Source: a virus (Duplodnaviria; Heunggongvirae; Uroviricota; Caudoviricetes). From it: a stretch of DNA of 64,000 nucleotides. Positions 1-10,467 of the stretch are shown piece by piece. How positions within the stretch are numbered: the first letter of the stretch is position 1; the number at the start of each line of letters is the position of its first letter. The stretch lies in the IMG/VR virus record IMGVR_UViG_2687453508_000006; one strand, given 5' to 3'. Position numbers and translations under genes: made by a program. Below the pieces are notes generated by a model. That model ran no database searches, had not been told where the DNA came from, and saw only the letters and a list, made by a program, of their open reading frames with translations.

Positions 1-266
1 AAATCATTCAGCGTCCCCGGTTGAGAATCTTCATACACGGTGATGGTCCCGGCATGTGACGGCGGGAACCCTTCCACCAACAGAATAACGCTGTACTGAC
101 CGTACTCAACGTCCATGCTGTAACGACCGGCTTCATCCGGATTTTCAGAGGCCACCGTGTTCACCACCACCGTGGCGCTGTTACGTCTGGCTTTCAGTTG
201 AATGGTGCAGTTCTCTACCGGTTTTCCTGTGCCGTCTTTCAGTACACCTGAAATCTTTACTGCCAT
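1..266 (-). CDS. stf: side tail fibre protein (lambda Stf-like), N-terminal 88 codons only; gene runs off the left edge
   Basis: Minus-strand ATG at 264-266; translation MAVKISGVLKDGTGKPVENCTIQLKARRNS... matches the N-terminus of lambda-type Stf; ORF open to window edge. Confidence 0.8.
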   Translation of the reverse strand, partial: MAVKISGVLKDGTGKPVENCTIQLKARRNSATVVVNTVASENPDEAGRYSMDVEYGQYSVILLVEGFPPSHAGTITVYEDSQPGTLND

Positions 267-330
267 ATTCACCCCACAAAAAAGCCCGCCTGAACCGGCG
301 GGCTGTCATAACACTGTGTTACCTGGCTAA

Positions 331-930
331 TCAGAACTTATAACCGACACCCACGATGAAACCGTCAGTGCGCCAGTCGCCACTGCCGGAGCCTTCATAA
401 GCAATATCAATGGCCACGGATTCGGTCGGGTTAAACTGCACGCCAGCCCCCCACGCCAGAGACGTGTTGCTGTGGCGACCGTCATCACTTCCGGTCAGCA
501 CATCGTGCGTTTTCCCCTTGTTGTCAGTTACGCGAAGATAATCCCCGGAGAAAGTCGACACACGGCTGTAAGCCACACCCGCCATCGCATACGCGCTGAA
601 CCATTCATTCACGCGCACAGACGGCCCCGCCATTACGCTGAACCAGCGGTTACGCACGGAATCTTCATGCCAGCGGGTATCGCTGTAACGGGTAAGCTGG
701 CGATTCTTGTCTCCTGCATAGCTGAATGACGTCACCAGCCCCAGCGTGTCCGTAAATTCATAACGGTATTTCACGTTAATCCCGTTAAGATTATCGCTAC
801 CGGGAGCGCTCGTCCGGGCATGAAGATACCCCGCGCTCAGCGTGGCCTGCTGCTCAGACGCCCATGCAGGCGCGCCGGATACGGCCAGACAGATGGCTGC
901 GGACAAAATGGCGGCATAAAGTTTACGCAT
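331..930 (-). CDS. lom: Lom/Ail-family outer membrane beta-barrel protein
   Basis: 199-aa ORF with signal peptide [24 protein letters not shown] and C-terminal ...IVGVGYKF; lambda lom position between J and stf. Confidence 0.85.
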
Positions 931-951
931 AATTACCTCTCGCTTTTCTGC

Positions 952-978
952 AATAAAAAAGGCGCCATTTCTGGCGCC
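952..978 (-). terminator. rho-independent terminator between J and lom
   Basis: Hairpin GGCGCCAGAAATGGCGCC followed by T-run on minus strand (plus-strand A-run 952-960). Confidence 0.45.
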
Positions 979-997
979 CGTATATGGGTTATAAAAT

Positions 998-3900
998 TCA
1001 GCTGATACTGATGCCTGCGGTGGCTTTCTTCATCACCACAACCAGCAAATCGCTGATACTTGCTGTGGGATACCAGTTATTCACCAGCCATGCTGACACC
1101 GAAAACTCCAGCGTCATGTGACCGTGACCGGCAGGCATATCAATAACGCCACTGTAAATCAGCGTATTATCCAGCGCGGTACGGTTATAAATTTCAGCAC
1201 CGTTTTTCCGCACTATCAGACGGCATGAGGAGTAAATATCAGTATGCTCTCTCTCTCATGTTTAGCGCCGCTGAATGCCACCGCCGGAATAACAATCTGC
1301 CGGTCAAACGGCTGATCGTCATAAACCCTGACGGTAATGGTCCCTGATGGCCACCGTTCCGGTGCACGGGAGTCCCGGGGGAAAGCTTTGCCCACTGTTT
1401 TAACGAGATCGCCTTCAATCTGGTTCGCGGACAGTTTTCCCAGAACCCGACAGTTCTCGTTAATCGTGACGTTGTTGAGCGTCCCGGAGTTCGCATTCAC
1501 ACTGCCACTGATATCCGCATTTTTAGCGGTCAGCTTTCCGTCTGATGTCAGGGAAAATGCCGGAGGATTGCCGCCACTGGTAATGGTGGGAGCCGTCAGA
1601 TATTTCAGGAACACTTCATTCATAAATATCTGATCGCCCTGACCAACAAACATCGGCTTTGTGTTGCCATTCGCAGGATTAATCATCGCAATCCTGTCTG
1701 CCGCCAGCAGCACCTGACTCTGCATTCCTGCTGGCGTATTCTCAATACCGGCACCGATACCCGCAATATAAAGGCGTCCGTCCTGCATCTGCTGCAGTTT
1801 CACGGCCCACATGCTGTTCAGGTTATTATTTGTATCAACCTGAACTTTCTGTATCTGCTGGATTGCCGCACTCTGATTTTCCAGTTTTTTATTGACGGTC
1901 TGCGTGATTTCATTGCTGACATTCGTAATGGACGTCCTGATTTCAGCCAGGTCCGGCGCAAGCTGACCGTTATCAATCTGCGTCCACAGCTCCTGGGCCA
2001 GATGTGTTTTCCCGATTTCTCCTTTGAAAAAATCCAGGTAACCTTCCGCATCATCGCTCGCCCGACCGACAGCCTCCACGAATGCCGATTTGCCAACAGT
2101 ATTCACACTGCGGATATAAAAATAATAATCATGGCCCGGTTTGATATTGATACTGGCAGCTATCCAGTACAGCGCCGAGCCAAGATAGCGGGCTGCGGTT
2201 TCAACCTGCCTGATATCCGCAATCCGCTTTTCCGAGAACCAGAACTCAAACTGTACCGTCGGGTCATAAACGGCAAGATGCGGCGTGGCGGTTATCTGAA
2301 AATAGCCCGGCGTCAGCTCAATCCGCGACGGTGCTGCCGGTGCGGCAATCCGGAAGGTGGTGGTGGCAGGTTCACCCTGCTGGCCATAGCTGTTTATCGC
2401 CCGCACCGTCAGGGTGTATTCCCCGAGCGGCAGGCCGCTGAAACGGTGCTCCGTGTCTGCGGTGATGGCGGTGGTCACCAGTCTGGCATCCGTTCCCTTA
2501 CCACTGGTCAGGCGCAGACTGAAGCGCACGCCCTTCACCACCCGCGGCGTGTCCCATTTAGCCTGCGCCAGATACTGGCCGTCAGCTGCACTCACCTCCA
2601 CCGTCAGGTGCTGTACTGCCGGTGGGATGACGCTGTTCAGGGAACCTGACTGCGGCTCAAAGCGGGCACCGTTATCCACGATGGCTTCTTTTTCCGGTAC
2701 GTGCTGCACCGCCGTGATGGCAAAGGTGCCGTCCGTGTTTTCCCGGACGGAGACACAGCGGAACAGGCGACGGCACAGTGACGGCAGGGAGAGTCCCCAC
2801 ACCCCGTATGTCTCCACACCATCAGGCAGGGTACTGACCTGTATCCGGTCCGGCGCGGGGTGTGCGGTGATGTCCACACTCACCGGCTTACCGCTGCCGT
2901 TAATCAGGTTCACCGTGGCGGCACCGGTCTCCGGCAGTGTCACCTCACGGTCCAGCGTCAGGGTGCGGCTGGCGGCATCGATGGACAGGACACGTCCGCC
3001 GGTCATGGTCCCGGCATAGTCGTTATCACAGATTTCAATAATGTCACCGGGTGTGTGACGCAGCCCCTGTGACCCAAGCGTGAAATCCACCGTCTGCGTT
3101 TCCAGCAGTCCGGTCTTTATCACCCACAGCCCGGCACGGTGGGCCTGACCGCGACTGGTGCAGCCGAACGCATCCATCTTCAGCAGGTTGCGTCCGTAGC
3201 GCAGTATGGCTTCCGGGTCTTCCACCAGTTCCGTGGAGGTCTGCCAGCCGTTCTGCGGGTCGGTGTAATTCACCTCCACCGCCGTGTGGCGGTCCTTCAG
3301 GGCGCTGAAGCTGTAGCGAAACCCCACGCCGTTATCATCCACCACCACATCACTGCTGGTGTAGGCCACACCACATCTGACGGACGGTCCTGCACAAACG
3401 TCAGCGTCTGCCCGTTCCATACCGGCATACAGCGCATCGCCGAGCAGAAATCACTGAGAACGTCCCACGCCTTACGCTGTTGTGACAGGTACGCATTGAA
3501 AGTCATCCGCGGCTCTGTGCCCCCGAAACCATCCGGGACCGTCTGGTCGCAGTACTGCGCAATGGCATACAGCGCCCACTTGTCCACATCCGCCGCCCCC
3601 AGGCGTTTTCCCATTCCGTAGCGCGGGTGGGTCAGCATGTCCCACAGGCACCAGGCAGGGTTGTTGCTGTATGCCGGTTTCAGGCTGCCGTCCCAGATGC
3701 CGCTGTACGTGCGTTTTTCCGGGTCATAGTTTGACGGTACCTGGATGATGCGACCGCGGATATGGTAGTTCACCGTCATCTGCTGACCGCCAAACTGCTC
3801 CGCATCCACCTGCAGCCCCACAATCGCCGTGTTCGGGTAGCACTGTTTCACATCGATGATTTCGGTGTATGACGACCAGAGCGTCTTATTCTGCAGCTGG

Positions 3901-4472
3901 TCCGAGGTGCTGTCCGCTGTCTCCCGGACCATCCGGATGTTAAAGGGCCGCTCAGGCAGATTATCCAGAATCACCGACGCCAGAAACTGCGAGGTGGTCT
4001 TGCCGTTAATGGTGACATCCTTTTCCGTCACCCAGTTACCGTTACGCTGCAACTGAATCAGCAGTCGGACAGAAGAGTGATTACGGTCGCCCTTTGAGGT
4101 GGTCTCCAACAGTGACTGCACCCCGAAGGTGACCCGCAGGCGGTCAATGTTCGCGGACGTAATGGTGCGCGTCACCGGTTTTGCCTTCGTCACTTCCACG
4201 CCCAGTCCGGTTTCAGCTCCGGAGGACTCAAAGCCTTCCGGTGGTGTCTGCTCCTGCTCCCCGGCACGCCAGACCGCGGTCACACCGTGTATCACGGGAT
4301 TGCCGTCCGTGTCCGTCAGTGGGGTTTTGTTCACCAGAATACTCTGCAGTCCCTTCACCGGACCTTCTATCGGTCCCTCACCAATCGCATCAATCACACT
4401 CATCATCTGCGTGGATTTGAGATTATCCTTCGCCTCACGAGGCGTGTGTGCCTTACCGCCACCTTTTCCCAT
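998..4472 (-). pseudogene. J: tail tip host-specificity protein J, disrupted by at least two frameshifts
   Basis: Start MGKGGGKAHTPREAKDNLKST at 4472; lambda-J-like sequence continues in three different frames (3297-4472, 1216-3420, 998-1213); shifts near 3350-3370 and 1216-1290. Confidence 0.8.
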
Positions 4473-4577
4473 ACAGCCTTCCCCTGAATAAATTAACCGC
4501 CACTTGCCATTCCGTACAGAAGTCGGATATCCTTCGCCCGAAAAGCATGAAACACATTTCTGCCATGCTAAAGAAAA

Positions 4578-4610
4578 CCCCGGTATCAGCAGATACCGGG
4601 GTTTTCTTTC
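4578..4610. terminator. bidirectional hairpin terminator in the I-J intergenic insert
   Basis: Perfect 10-bp stem CCCCGGTATC/GATACCGGGG with 4-nt loop flanked by A-run and T-run. Confidence 0.4.
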
Positions 4611-4710
4611 ATGCCCACCGATAATCCTGTTGGTTAAAACCGGTAATGGCATAAAAATTCTGAATATCTTCACATTTTCACACACTGACTGTGGCGCTTA
4701 TAATTTCGCT

Positions 4711-4808
4711 GCGTTAGTGTTTTTTTGCCCGAGTAACAAAAACAACTCCTTAACATTGATCTTCATTTGTCTGTCCCCGCAGCTCCGCGATCACTGCGGG
4801 ATTTTTTT
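4711..4808 (+). ncRNA. candidate small RNA (moron) between tail genes I and J
   Basis: Sigma70-like promoter TTCACA(4677-4682)-16 bp-TATAAT(4699-4704); terminator CCCGCAG..CTGCGGG + T8 at 4776-4808; no ORF; CA-rich core AACAAAAACAAC. Confidence 0.3.
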
Positions 4809-4813
4809 ATGTT

Positions 4814-5494
4814 TTATCCCTGTCGCCCGACAACCACGACCGTTCCGCCCCCGCCTTCATCACGGGTGCTGATGTCCTGGGATATACGGCGGGAGCCAAC
4901 CAGCATTTCCCCGTAAGGCACCGGCATCGGGTTCCCCTGGGCAATCATGTTATCCAGCGAGGAAAAGTACGTGTTCTGTCTGCCGTTATCCGTTGCGCGG
5001 TAATCCGGTGTTTTTGCCTTCGGGGCCAGCATCTGGGCCACACCGCCCAGAATCATGCTGGCTCCAAGTGAAAACAGCATCGTGGTGGCAGAAAAACCAC
5101 CGGCTGCCAGGGCTGAACCCCATAACGCCATTGATGCCCCGGCAGTGAAGAAAGAGCCCACGATGGCTGCCGCCCCCAGCACAATCTGCAGTCCACCCTT
5201 TCCGGCCCCGGCCAGTCGCGGCACAATATGGATGACCGTTCCCTCACCCAGCTGTTCGTGAAGACGGGCGTACACCGCCTCCGGTGCCGTGTCATAACCG
5301 GCAATACGTATCTGGTACCAGCCTTCGTTCATCTGACGGCGAAAGCCCGGCACCTGTAACGACAGCGCCCGGATGGCTTCCGCTGCCGTGTTCACATACA
5401 GGCTGAGGCGGCGGCCAAATCGTTGTAAATCCCCGTGAAGGCAGATACGTGCCAGTGGCGGTGACGCCAGGCTGAATGCGTTCGTCGTTGCCAT
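4814..5494 (-). CDS. I: tail assembly protein I
   Basis: 226 aa, MATTNAFSLASPPLARICLHGDLQRFGRR... resembles lambda gpI; RBS AGAGG upstream. Confidence 0.85.
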   Translation of the reverse strand: MATTNAFSLASPPLARICLHGDLQRFGRRLSLYVNTAAEAIRALSLQVPGFRRQMNEGWYQIRIAGYDTAPEAVYARLHEQLGEGTVIHIVPRLAGAGKGGLQIVLGAAAIVGSFFTAGASMALWGSALAAGGFSATTMLFSLGASMILGGVAQMLAPKAKTPDYRATDNGRQNTYFSSLDNMIAQGNPMPVPYGEMLVGSRRISQDISTRDEGGGGTVVVVGRQG

Positions 5495-6135
5495 TTTTCG
5501 GAATACCTCTCCCGTTTACTCAGTTGTTCAGGCAGATGGTGAAGCAGTTCACCGTTGCCGCAGTATATGGCGGCATGATTGGCCACCGATGCGCCAAAGC
5601 AGCACAGCAGGATATCGCCAGGCTGTGCGGAAGGCAGGGAAATCCTGTAAAAACCAGTCGCCTCCATATTGTCCAGGTACAGGTTCTGACCATTGCGCCA
5701 CCAGTCATCCTCACGCTCAAAATCCGGCATATCAGTCCCCGCCAGATGATAAGCATCCCGGAACAGCGTGTAACAGTCCGTCACCCCGTGCTCAAAGCGC
5801 CGTCCTGTCAGATGTGGCACACAGCGGAATTTGTGAATGTCACCCCGGCAGACCAGCCACCAGGGCAGTGCGCTTTTTATCTGCAGCCGCCGGTCAGCCT
5901 CGCTCAGCCAGGGCAGCCCACCGGGATGACTGTGGACCAGTGCCACAATCTCCCCCTGCATCTCTGCCCGCAGCCAGTCTTCCGGTGCGATACGAAAATA
6001 CGCCTCCGGCTCTGCAGAAATATTCACACAAGGGATATACCACTCCCCCTCCGGCGTGCTTATCACGAAGCCGCACGACTCCGCAGGCGCACACCGCCGG
6101 GCATGCGCCAGAATCGCTGATTCAGTCTGTGTCAT
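5392..6135 (-). CDS. K: tail assembly protein K (NlpC/P60-like)
   Basis: Start MTQTESAILAHARRCAPAESCGFV at 6135; lambda gpK-like; the ORF-track start at 6396 is an upstream extension. Confidence 0.8.
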   Translation of the reverse strand: MTQTESAILAHARRCAPAESCGFVISTPEGEWYIPCVNISAEPEAYFRIAPEDWLRAEMQGEIVALVHSHPGGLPWLSEADRRLQIKSALPWWLVCRGDIHKFRCVPHLTGRRFEHGVTDCYTLFRDAYHLAGTDMPDFEREDDWWRNGQNLYLDNMEATGFYRISLPSAQPGDILLCCFGASVANHAAIYCGNGELLHHLPEQLSKRERYSEKWQRRTHSAWRHRHWHVSAFTGIYNDLAAASACM

Positions 6136-6145
6136 AAACCGGGAT

Positions 6146-6844
6146 TTACTGCGAAAGTTTATTAATGGAAAGGAAACCGCCAAAATTAGCCACCATGCTG
6201 CGCATCTCACACCCGCGCATGCACTTGCTGCATCTGTCCTTACGGATATCCGTGGTGGGGTTGTCGAACTCATCCGCCACTGCCCCGCCCGTGTAACCAC
6301 ACTCATCAGAGCGGTAGGTCCACATACAGGTATTCGCCAGCATAATGCGACCGGGAAACAGCGCTCCGTCCGTCTCCGTCGGTGTTGCCAGCACAAACGA
6401 GGCTGTCATGGCCGTCAGCTCTGACATCTGCTCCACCACCCAGCGGTCTCTCAGCTCCTGCTCCGGGTCCGCTTCCGGATTGCCCGCCACAAAATTCACC
6501 GCATCCAGAAAACGGGCATACACCCGGCGGCGGACCACCGTGGCACCCACCAGGCTCTGCAAATCCTCCGCCATCCCGGTGACAAGACCGAACAGATTGG
6601 ACACCGTCAGCGACGGGCGGGCACTGCTGCCCTTCCCGTTCATCTCAAAGCCACTGCCGTCAATCGGGTATACCTGATATTGCCGCCCCTGCCAGGTGAC
6701 CGCCTCCCCTTTTTCATTCAGCTCATTACAGAAAAAATACCGCTCACCGCCCTGCACCGTCAGGTCGATTTCCCAGAGCACCACCCGCGGTGACTGCTCT
6801 GACTTAACCGACTCGTTCAGGCTTTCTTCATGAATATTCTGCAT
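6146..6844 (-). CDS. L: minor tail protein L
   Basis: Start MQNIHEESLNE... overlapping M stop (ATGA); C-terminus ...NFGGFLSINKLSQ as in lambda gpL. Confidence 0.85.
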   Translation of the reverse strand: MQNIHEESLNESVKSEQSPRVVLWEIDLTVQGGERYFFCNELNEKGEAVTWQGRQYQVYPIDGSGFEMNGKGSSARPSLTVSNLFGLVTGMAEDLQSLVGATVVRRRVYARFLDAVNFVAGNPEADPEQELRDRWVVEQMSELTAMTASFVLATPTETDGALFPGRIMLANTCMWTYRSDECGYTGGAVADEFDNPTTDIRKDRCSKCMRGCEMRSMVANFGGFLSINKLSQ

Positions 6845-7185
6845 CAGTTCACCACCTGCTCTATCGTGCAACTGAAATCACTGTACCGGGCATTATCCGT
6901 GACACTCCACTCACGGCACACAACCCTCACCGTCCGGTTATGTTTCGGCGGTCGCCACAAAAAGGCACGGTAACCACCATGCCAGGATAAAAATTCATCC
7001 AGCCAGCGCCGGGTTGACTCATCCGTCACCCGGAACACCGCCTGAAACGTCTTCAGTTGAGGATTCAGCCCTGTGGGGCGGCGCTGTTCATAACCGTCAC
7101 CAAACCGCACCCTCACCACCGACGGCTTCTCACTCACCTGCATCCCTTCACGCGGGACCAGATGCAGCGTTTTTATCTCAGCCAC
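6844..7185 (-). CDS. M: minor tail protein M
   Basis: 113 aa, lambda gpM-like, between H and L. Confidence 0.85.
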   Translation of the reverse strand: MAEIKTLHLVPREGMQVSEKPSVVRVRFGDGYEQRRPTGLNPQLKTFQAVFRVTDESTRRWLDEFLSWHGGYRAFLWRPPKHNRTVRVVCREWSVTDNARYSDFSCTIEQVVN

Positions 7186-10100
7186 TCAGCATTCCTCCGT
7201 CACGTCGCATGGACAGCATCACCGCCTGCACCCGCTGGTCAATCAGCTGCACAAGACTGCCTGCCGCCTCCGGCCCTATCTGTCCGTTAGCCCCGTCATT
7301 CTGAATGGCAATGTGGTAGACCGGGGAATACACCAGACCAGCACTGCCGTTCATACTGCCCACGGCGCGTACGCCCAGCGAGCCATCCGCCGCCCGGGTC
7401 AGGGGCATAATAGCTTCAGGTCCGGCTTCCCCCATCAGCCCGGCCCCTTTTGCAAACGCAAAGTACGTGGGCGTGTCCACAATGCTGTTGCTGTACGCGC
7501 TCAGGTTTGCCGAGGTATACACGCCGCCTTTTGCATTGGCCACCGCTCCGCCCAGCCAGTCACCAATGCTGCCGAGAAATCCTCCCGCACCGGACATACC
7601 GTTTGCCGCCGTCTTAATTCCGTTGACAATCGCGGCATTCATAAGAACTTTTGATATTTCCTGCAGTACGGATGAGGCCCAGCTGCGCCATTCCACTTTA
7701 TTTCCGTTCAGCATCTCCGTGATGTTATTCACCATCCCTGAGATACCCTCCGTCGCCAGCTGTGCTGCCTGTGAGGCGTAATCGGACGCATTATCCACCC
7801 AGTTACTGAATCCCTCCTGCAGCCCTTTCTGCCAGTCCGCACGCTGCACATCCGATTCGGCATAAAAGACTGCCTGGTCCTTAAGGCGTTCGCTCAGATA
7901 CTGCGCGTTCTGTGCCAGCGCCTGTCTGTAAAAATCCTCACTGATATCCCCGGTCTGATACTGAGACTGAAGGTCCGCATCCTTCTGGCGGAAGCTGTCG
8001 CGGATCTGCTGCAACTCCCGCATGCGTTCCCTGGCTCGTTCCCCCTGCCCGTACCCCAGCAGTTCAGATTCATTTGATGCACGCGCAGCCACATTATCAT
8101 TCTTCAGGGTCTCTTCCCGGTACCGCAACTGCTCCCGGATTTTTTGCTGGTCAATCAGGGCCGCATTGCGCAGCAGTTCCTGCTTCTGTATCTCCGACAG
8201 GGTTTTCAGTTCACCCAGCGCTGTCTGGTACTTCAGCTTCGCCAGCTCCGTGTTCTGACCGGCCAGTGCCAGTTGCTCTTTCTGCTGCTTCAGCAGCCGG
8301 GAAAAACTGTCTTCCGCTTTTTCCGTCTCTGATTTTCCACCCCGGGATTTGGGTTTATTCACCTCGTTATTGCGCCAGGCTTCCAGGGCATTACTGATAT
8401 AACGTTGTCTCGCCTCCTGATACGGATCCCCCACAAAACCGAGGTCATCCGCCGCATACCCCAGTCGGACGCGCTCTTTTTCTTCCCCTTTCAGTCTGGA
8501 CAGGGCCAGCTCACGCTCTGTTTTTGTCAGGGCACTCTGCTGTTTATCATCCAGAGTGGCCTGTGGCAGCCGTAACGGCACATTCACCAGTCCCTGCCGC
8601 TGCTGAAGCAGTTCATTCCCCAGCCCCAGCAGACGGTTGAATTCCGTATACTGACCGTTCATAACCAGCATGGACTGGTACACCTTATTCTGCTCTGCCG
8701 CCTGCTGACGAATTAACGCCACACGACGGTCTTCCAGCCCGGCAAGCACATCCTGAATGGACTGCGCTTTTTCCTGCATCTGTGCCAGACGGGACTGCTC
8801 AACGGCAAGCTGCTCTGTTGCCTGAGCAAGCCCTTCCGTTACGGTCTTCACCGATGTCAGATGGTTTATCATGAATCCGTCACCGGTCGTCCAGCCCGGG
8901 TTCGCCAGAACATACTGATATCCTGCGATTTTTTCCTGCAGGGATTTCACCCGACTGGCCTGTTCATCAATCAGCCGGTTCTGCTCTGTCAGCGCCGCCC
9001 GTGTTCGTCCTTCATTATCTGAGGCTTCAGGCAAAGACATTGACGGCGTTTTATGCGCGATTTCATCTATCGTCAGTGCATACTGGCGCGCAGACTCCCT
9101 GGCCTGCTCCTGATTCTGGTACAGCGTGTACCATGCTGCAGCCCCCAGCATCACCAGTCCGGGTACGCCACCAACCAGCCCCAGCGCACCGCTCATCAGA
9201 CGTGAGCCCACCGCCGTTGTACTGTTCAGCGCATTCTGGGCGGCGCTTCTGGCAGCAATATTTCTGTTCAGGCGTTCCTGTGTGGCCGCCAGACGGGCCT
9301 CTGCAGCAATCTGCATCTCCGTCCCGCGGGCTGCCGCCACGGCCTGCTGAGCACGGTACACGGCTGCCCTTGCCCGCGCCGTGGCAATCTGCGTTCCCCT
9401 GAACTGTGCTTCCGCCAGTGCAACTTCATTACGTGCAGCCGTCACAAGTCCTGCCGTGGCAGACATCGCTCCGGAGGCCATATTGCCAAAGTACCGGGCA
9501 ACCCCGACGGCAACCAGCGCGCCCACGGCTGTTGCCACATTATCAATCTGTCCGGCAACACCGTTCAGCATGCCGGAGAGCGTTTTTGTCACCCCGCTGG
9601 CCTCATTCGCACCGCCCACCCAGGCCATAAAGGCGTTTTCCACCTTTGTGATACTACTGGAAACCGTTTCCGGCATGGCCGCATATTCATCACGTAATAT
9701 CCCCAGCTGGCTGATTAACGCGGGGACCACTTTATCCGCTGTCAGTTTTCCGTCATCCGCCATTGCCTTCAGATCTTTACGGGCCACGCCCATACCCGCA
9801 GCCAGTGCACGTACGATCCGGTCACCACTTTCATTGACCGAATTAAACTCCTCACCACGCAATACACCCTGCGCCAGCGCCTGACTGAACTGGGTGATCA
9901 CCGAGCCCGCCTCTGCCGTACTGGCACCGGAGATTTTCAGCCCTGTCGAAATGGCCTCCGTCACCTTCAGCACATCATCAGCACTGTAACCATATTCACG
10001 CATCGAGGCAGCCGAACGGGCAAACAGGGCCGCATTATCCGAAAATGCGGTGCCTGTCCGCTGGCTGATATCCATCAGCACTTTCTGTGATGACGCAAAT

Positions 10101-10420
10101 TCATCGGATGACTGTGATGCCTGTTTCAGACGGGCATTCACGGAGCTCCATTCATCCGCCAGCGAAATCAGGTGTCCGGTGGCAAAGGCACCGGCAAACG
10201 CACCGGTCATTCCGACAGCCGAAGCGCGGATTTCCGTCAACTGGCTGTGCAGCTCAGCCAGAGCCCGGCGCTGCTCCCTGGCTGCCGCAGCAGCCTGACG
10301 TCCGCCATTCTGCAGGGTCCGGTAATATTCACTGCCCATACGGGACGCCCGCTGGATCTCCGACTGGAATGACTGTGAATTTGCCGAAATTTTGATAATC
10401 AGTTCACGTAACGTCGCCAT
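7178..10420 (-). CDS. H: tail tape measure protein H
   Basis: 1080-aa intact ORF, coiled-coil-rich, C-terminal NDGANGQIGPEAA motif as in lambda gpH; RBS GGAGAAAGG. Confidence 0.9.
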   Translation of the reverse strand: MATLRELIIKISANSQSFQSEIQRASRMGSEYYRTLQNGGRQAAAAAREQRRALAELHSQLTEIRASAVGMTGAFAGAFATGHLISLADEWSSVNARLKQASQSSDEFASSQKVLMDISQRTGTAFSDNAALFARSAASMREYGYSADDVLKVTEAISTGLKISGASTAEAGSVITQFSQALAQGVLRGEEFNSVNESGDRIVRALAAGMGVARKDLKAMADDGKLTADKVVPALISQLGILRDEYAAMPETVSSSITKVENAFMAWVGGANEASGVTKTLSGMLNGVAGQIDNVATAVGALVAVGVARYFGNMASGAMSATAGLVTAARNEVALAEAQFRGTQIATARARAAVYRAQQAVAAARGTEMQIAAEARLAATQERLNRNIAARSAAQNALNSTTAVGSRLMSGALGLVGGVPGLVMLGAAAWYTLYQNQEQARESARQYALTIDEIAHKTPSMSLPEASDNEGRTRAALTEQNRLIDEQASRVKSLQEKIAGYQYVLANPGWTTGDGFMINHLTSVKTVTEGLAQATEQLAVEQSRLAQMQEKAQSIQDVLAGLEDRRVALIRQQAAEQNKVYQSMLVMNGQYTEFNRLLGLGNELLQQRQGLVNVPLRLPQATLDDKQQSALTKTERELALSRLKGEEKERVRLGYAADDLGFVGDPYQEARQRYISNALEAWRNNEVNKPKSRGGKSETEKAEDSFSRLLKQQKEQLALAGQNTELAKLKYQTALGELKTLSEIQKQELLRNAALIDQQKIREQLRYREETLKNDNVAARASNESELLGYGQGERARERMRELQQIRDSFRQKDADLQSQYQTGDISEDFYRQALAQNAQYLSERLKDQAVFYAESDVQRADWQKGLQEGFSNWVDNASDYASQAAQLATEGISGMVNNITEMLNGNKVEWRSWASSVLQEISKVLMNAAIVNGIKTAANGMSGAGGFLGSIGDWLGGAVANAKGGVYTSANLSAYSNSIVDTPTYFAFAKGAGLMGEAGPEAIMPLTRAADGSLGVRAVGSMNGSAGLVYSPVYHIAIQNDGANGQIGPEAAGSLVQLIDQRVQAVMLSMRRDGGMLSG

Positions 10421-10467
10421 TCACCTTTCTCCGGGCGTAAAAAAACCGCCTCAGCGGTTCTCATCAT

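Noticed and set aside
2002-3019. Plus-strand ORFs 2002-2649 and 2414-3019 inside J (and many similar antisense ORFs inside H, capsid, terminase, e.g. 9381-9884, 16711-17604)
   Set aside because: Antisense to strongly supported structural genes; GC-rich DNA yields long spurious ORFs; repetitive Arg/Pro/Ser-rich translations.
3297-4685. ORF-track start of J at 4685 (MCENVKIF...)
   Set aside because: The extension reads through the intergenic terminator hairpin; lambda-like N-terminus MGKGGGKAHTPRE begins at 4472.
4611-4813. Minus-strand alternative for the I-J sRNA
   Set aside because: Minus-strand promoter candidates (TTGTTA...TAACGC) are much weaker than the plus-strand TTCACA-16-TATAAT, and the clean T8 terminator is plus-specific; kept only as an alternative.
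5392-6396. 334-aa version of K starting at 6396
   Set aside because: Upstream 87 codons overlap L in another frame; conserved K N-terminus MTQTESAIL starts at 6135.
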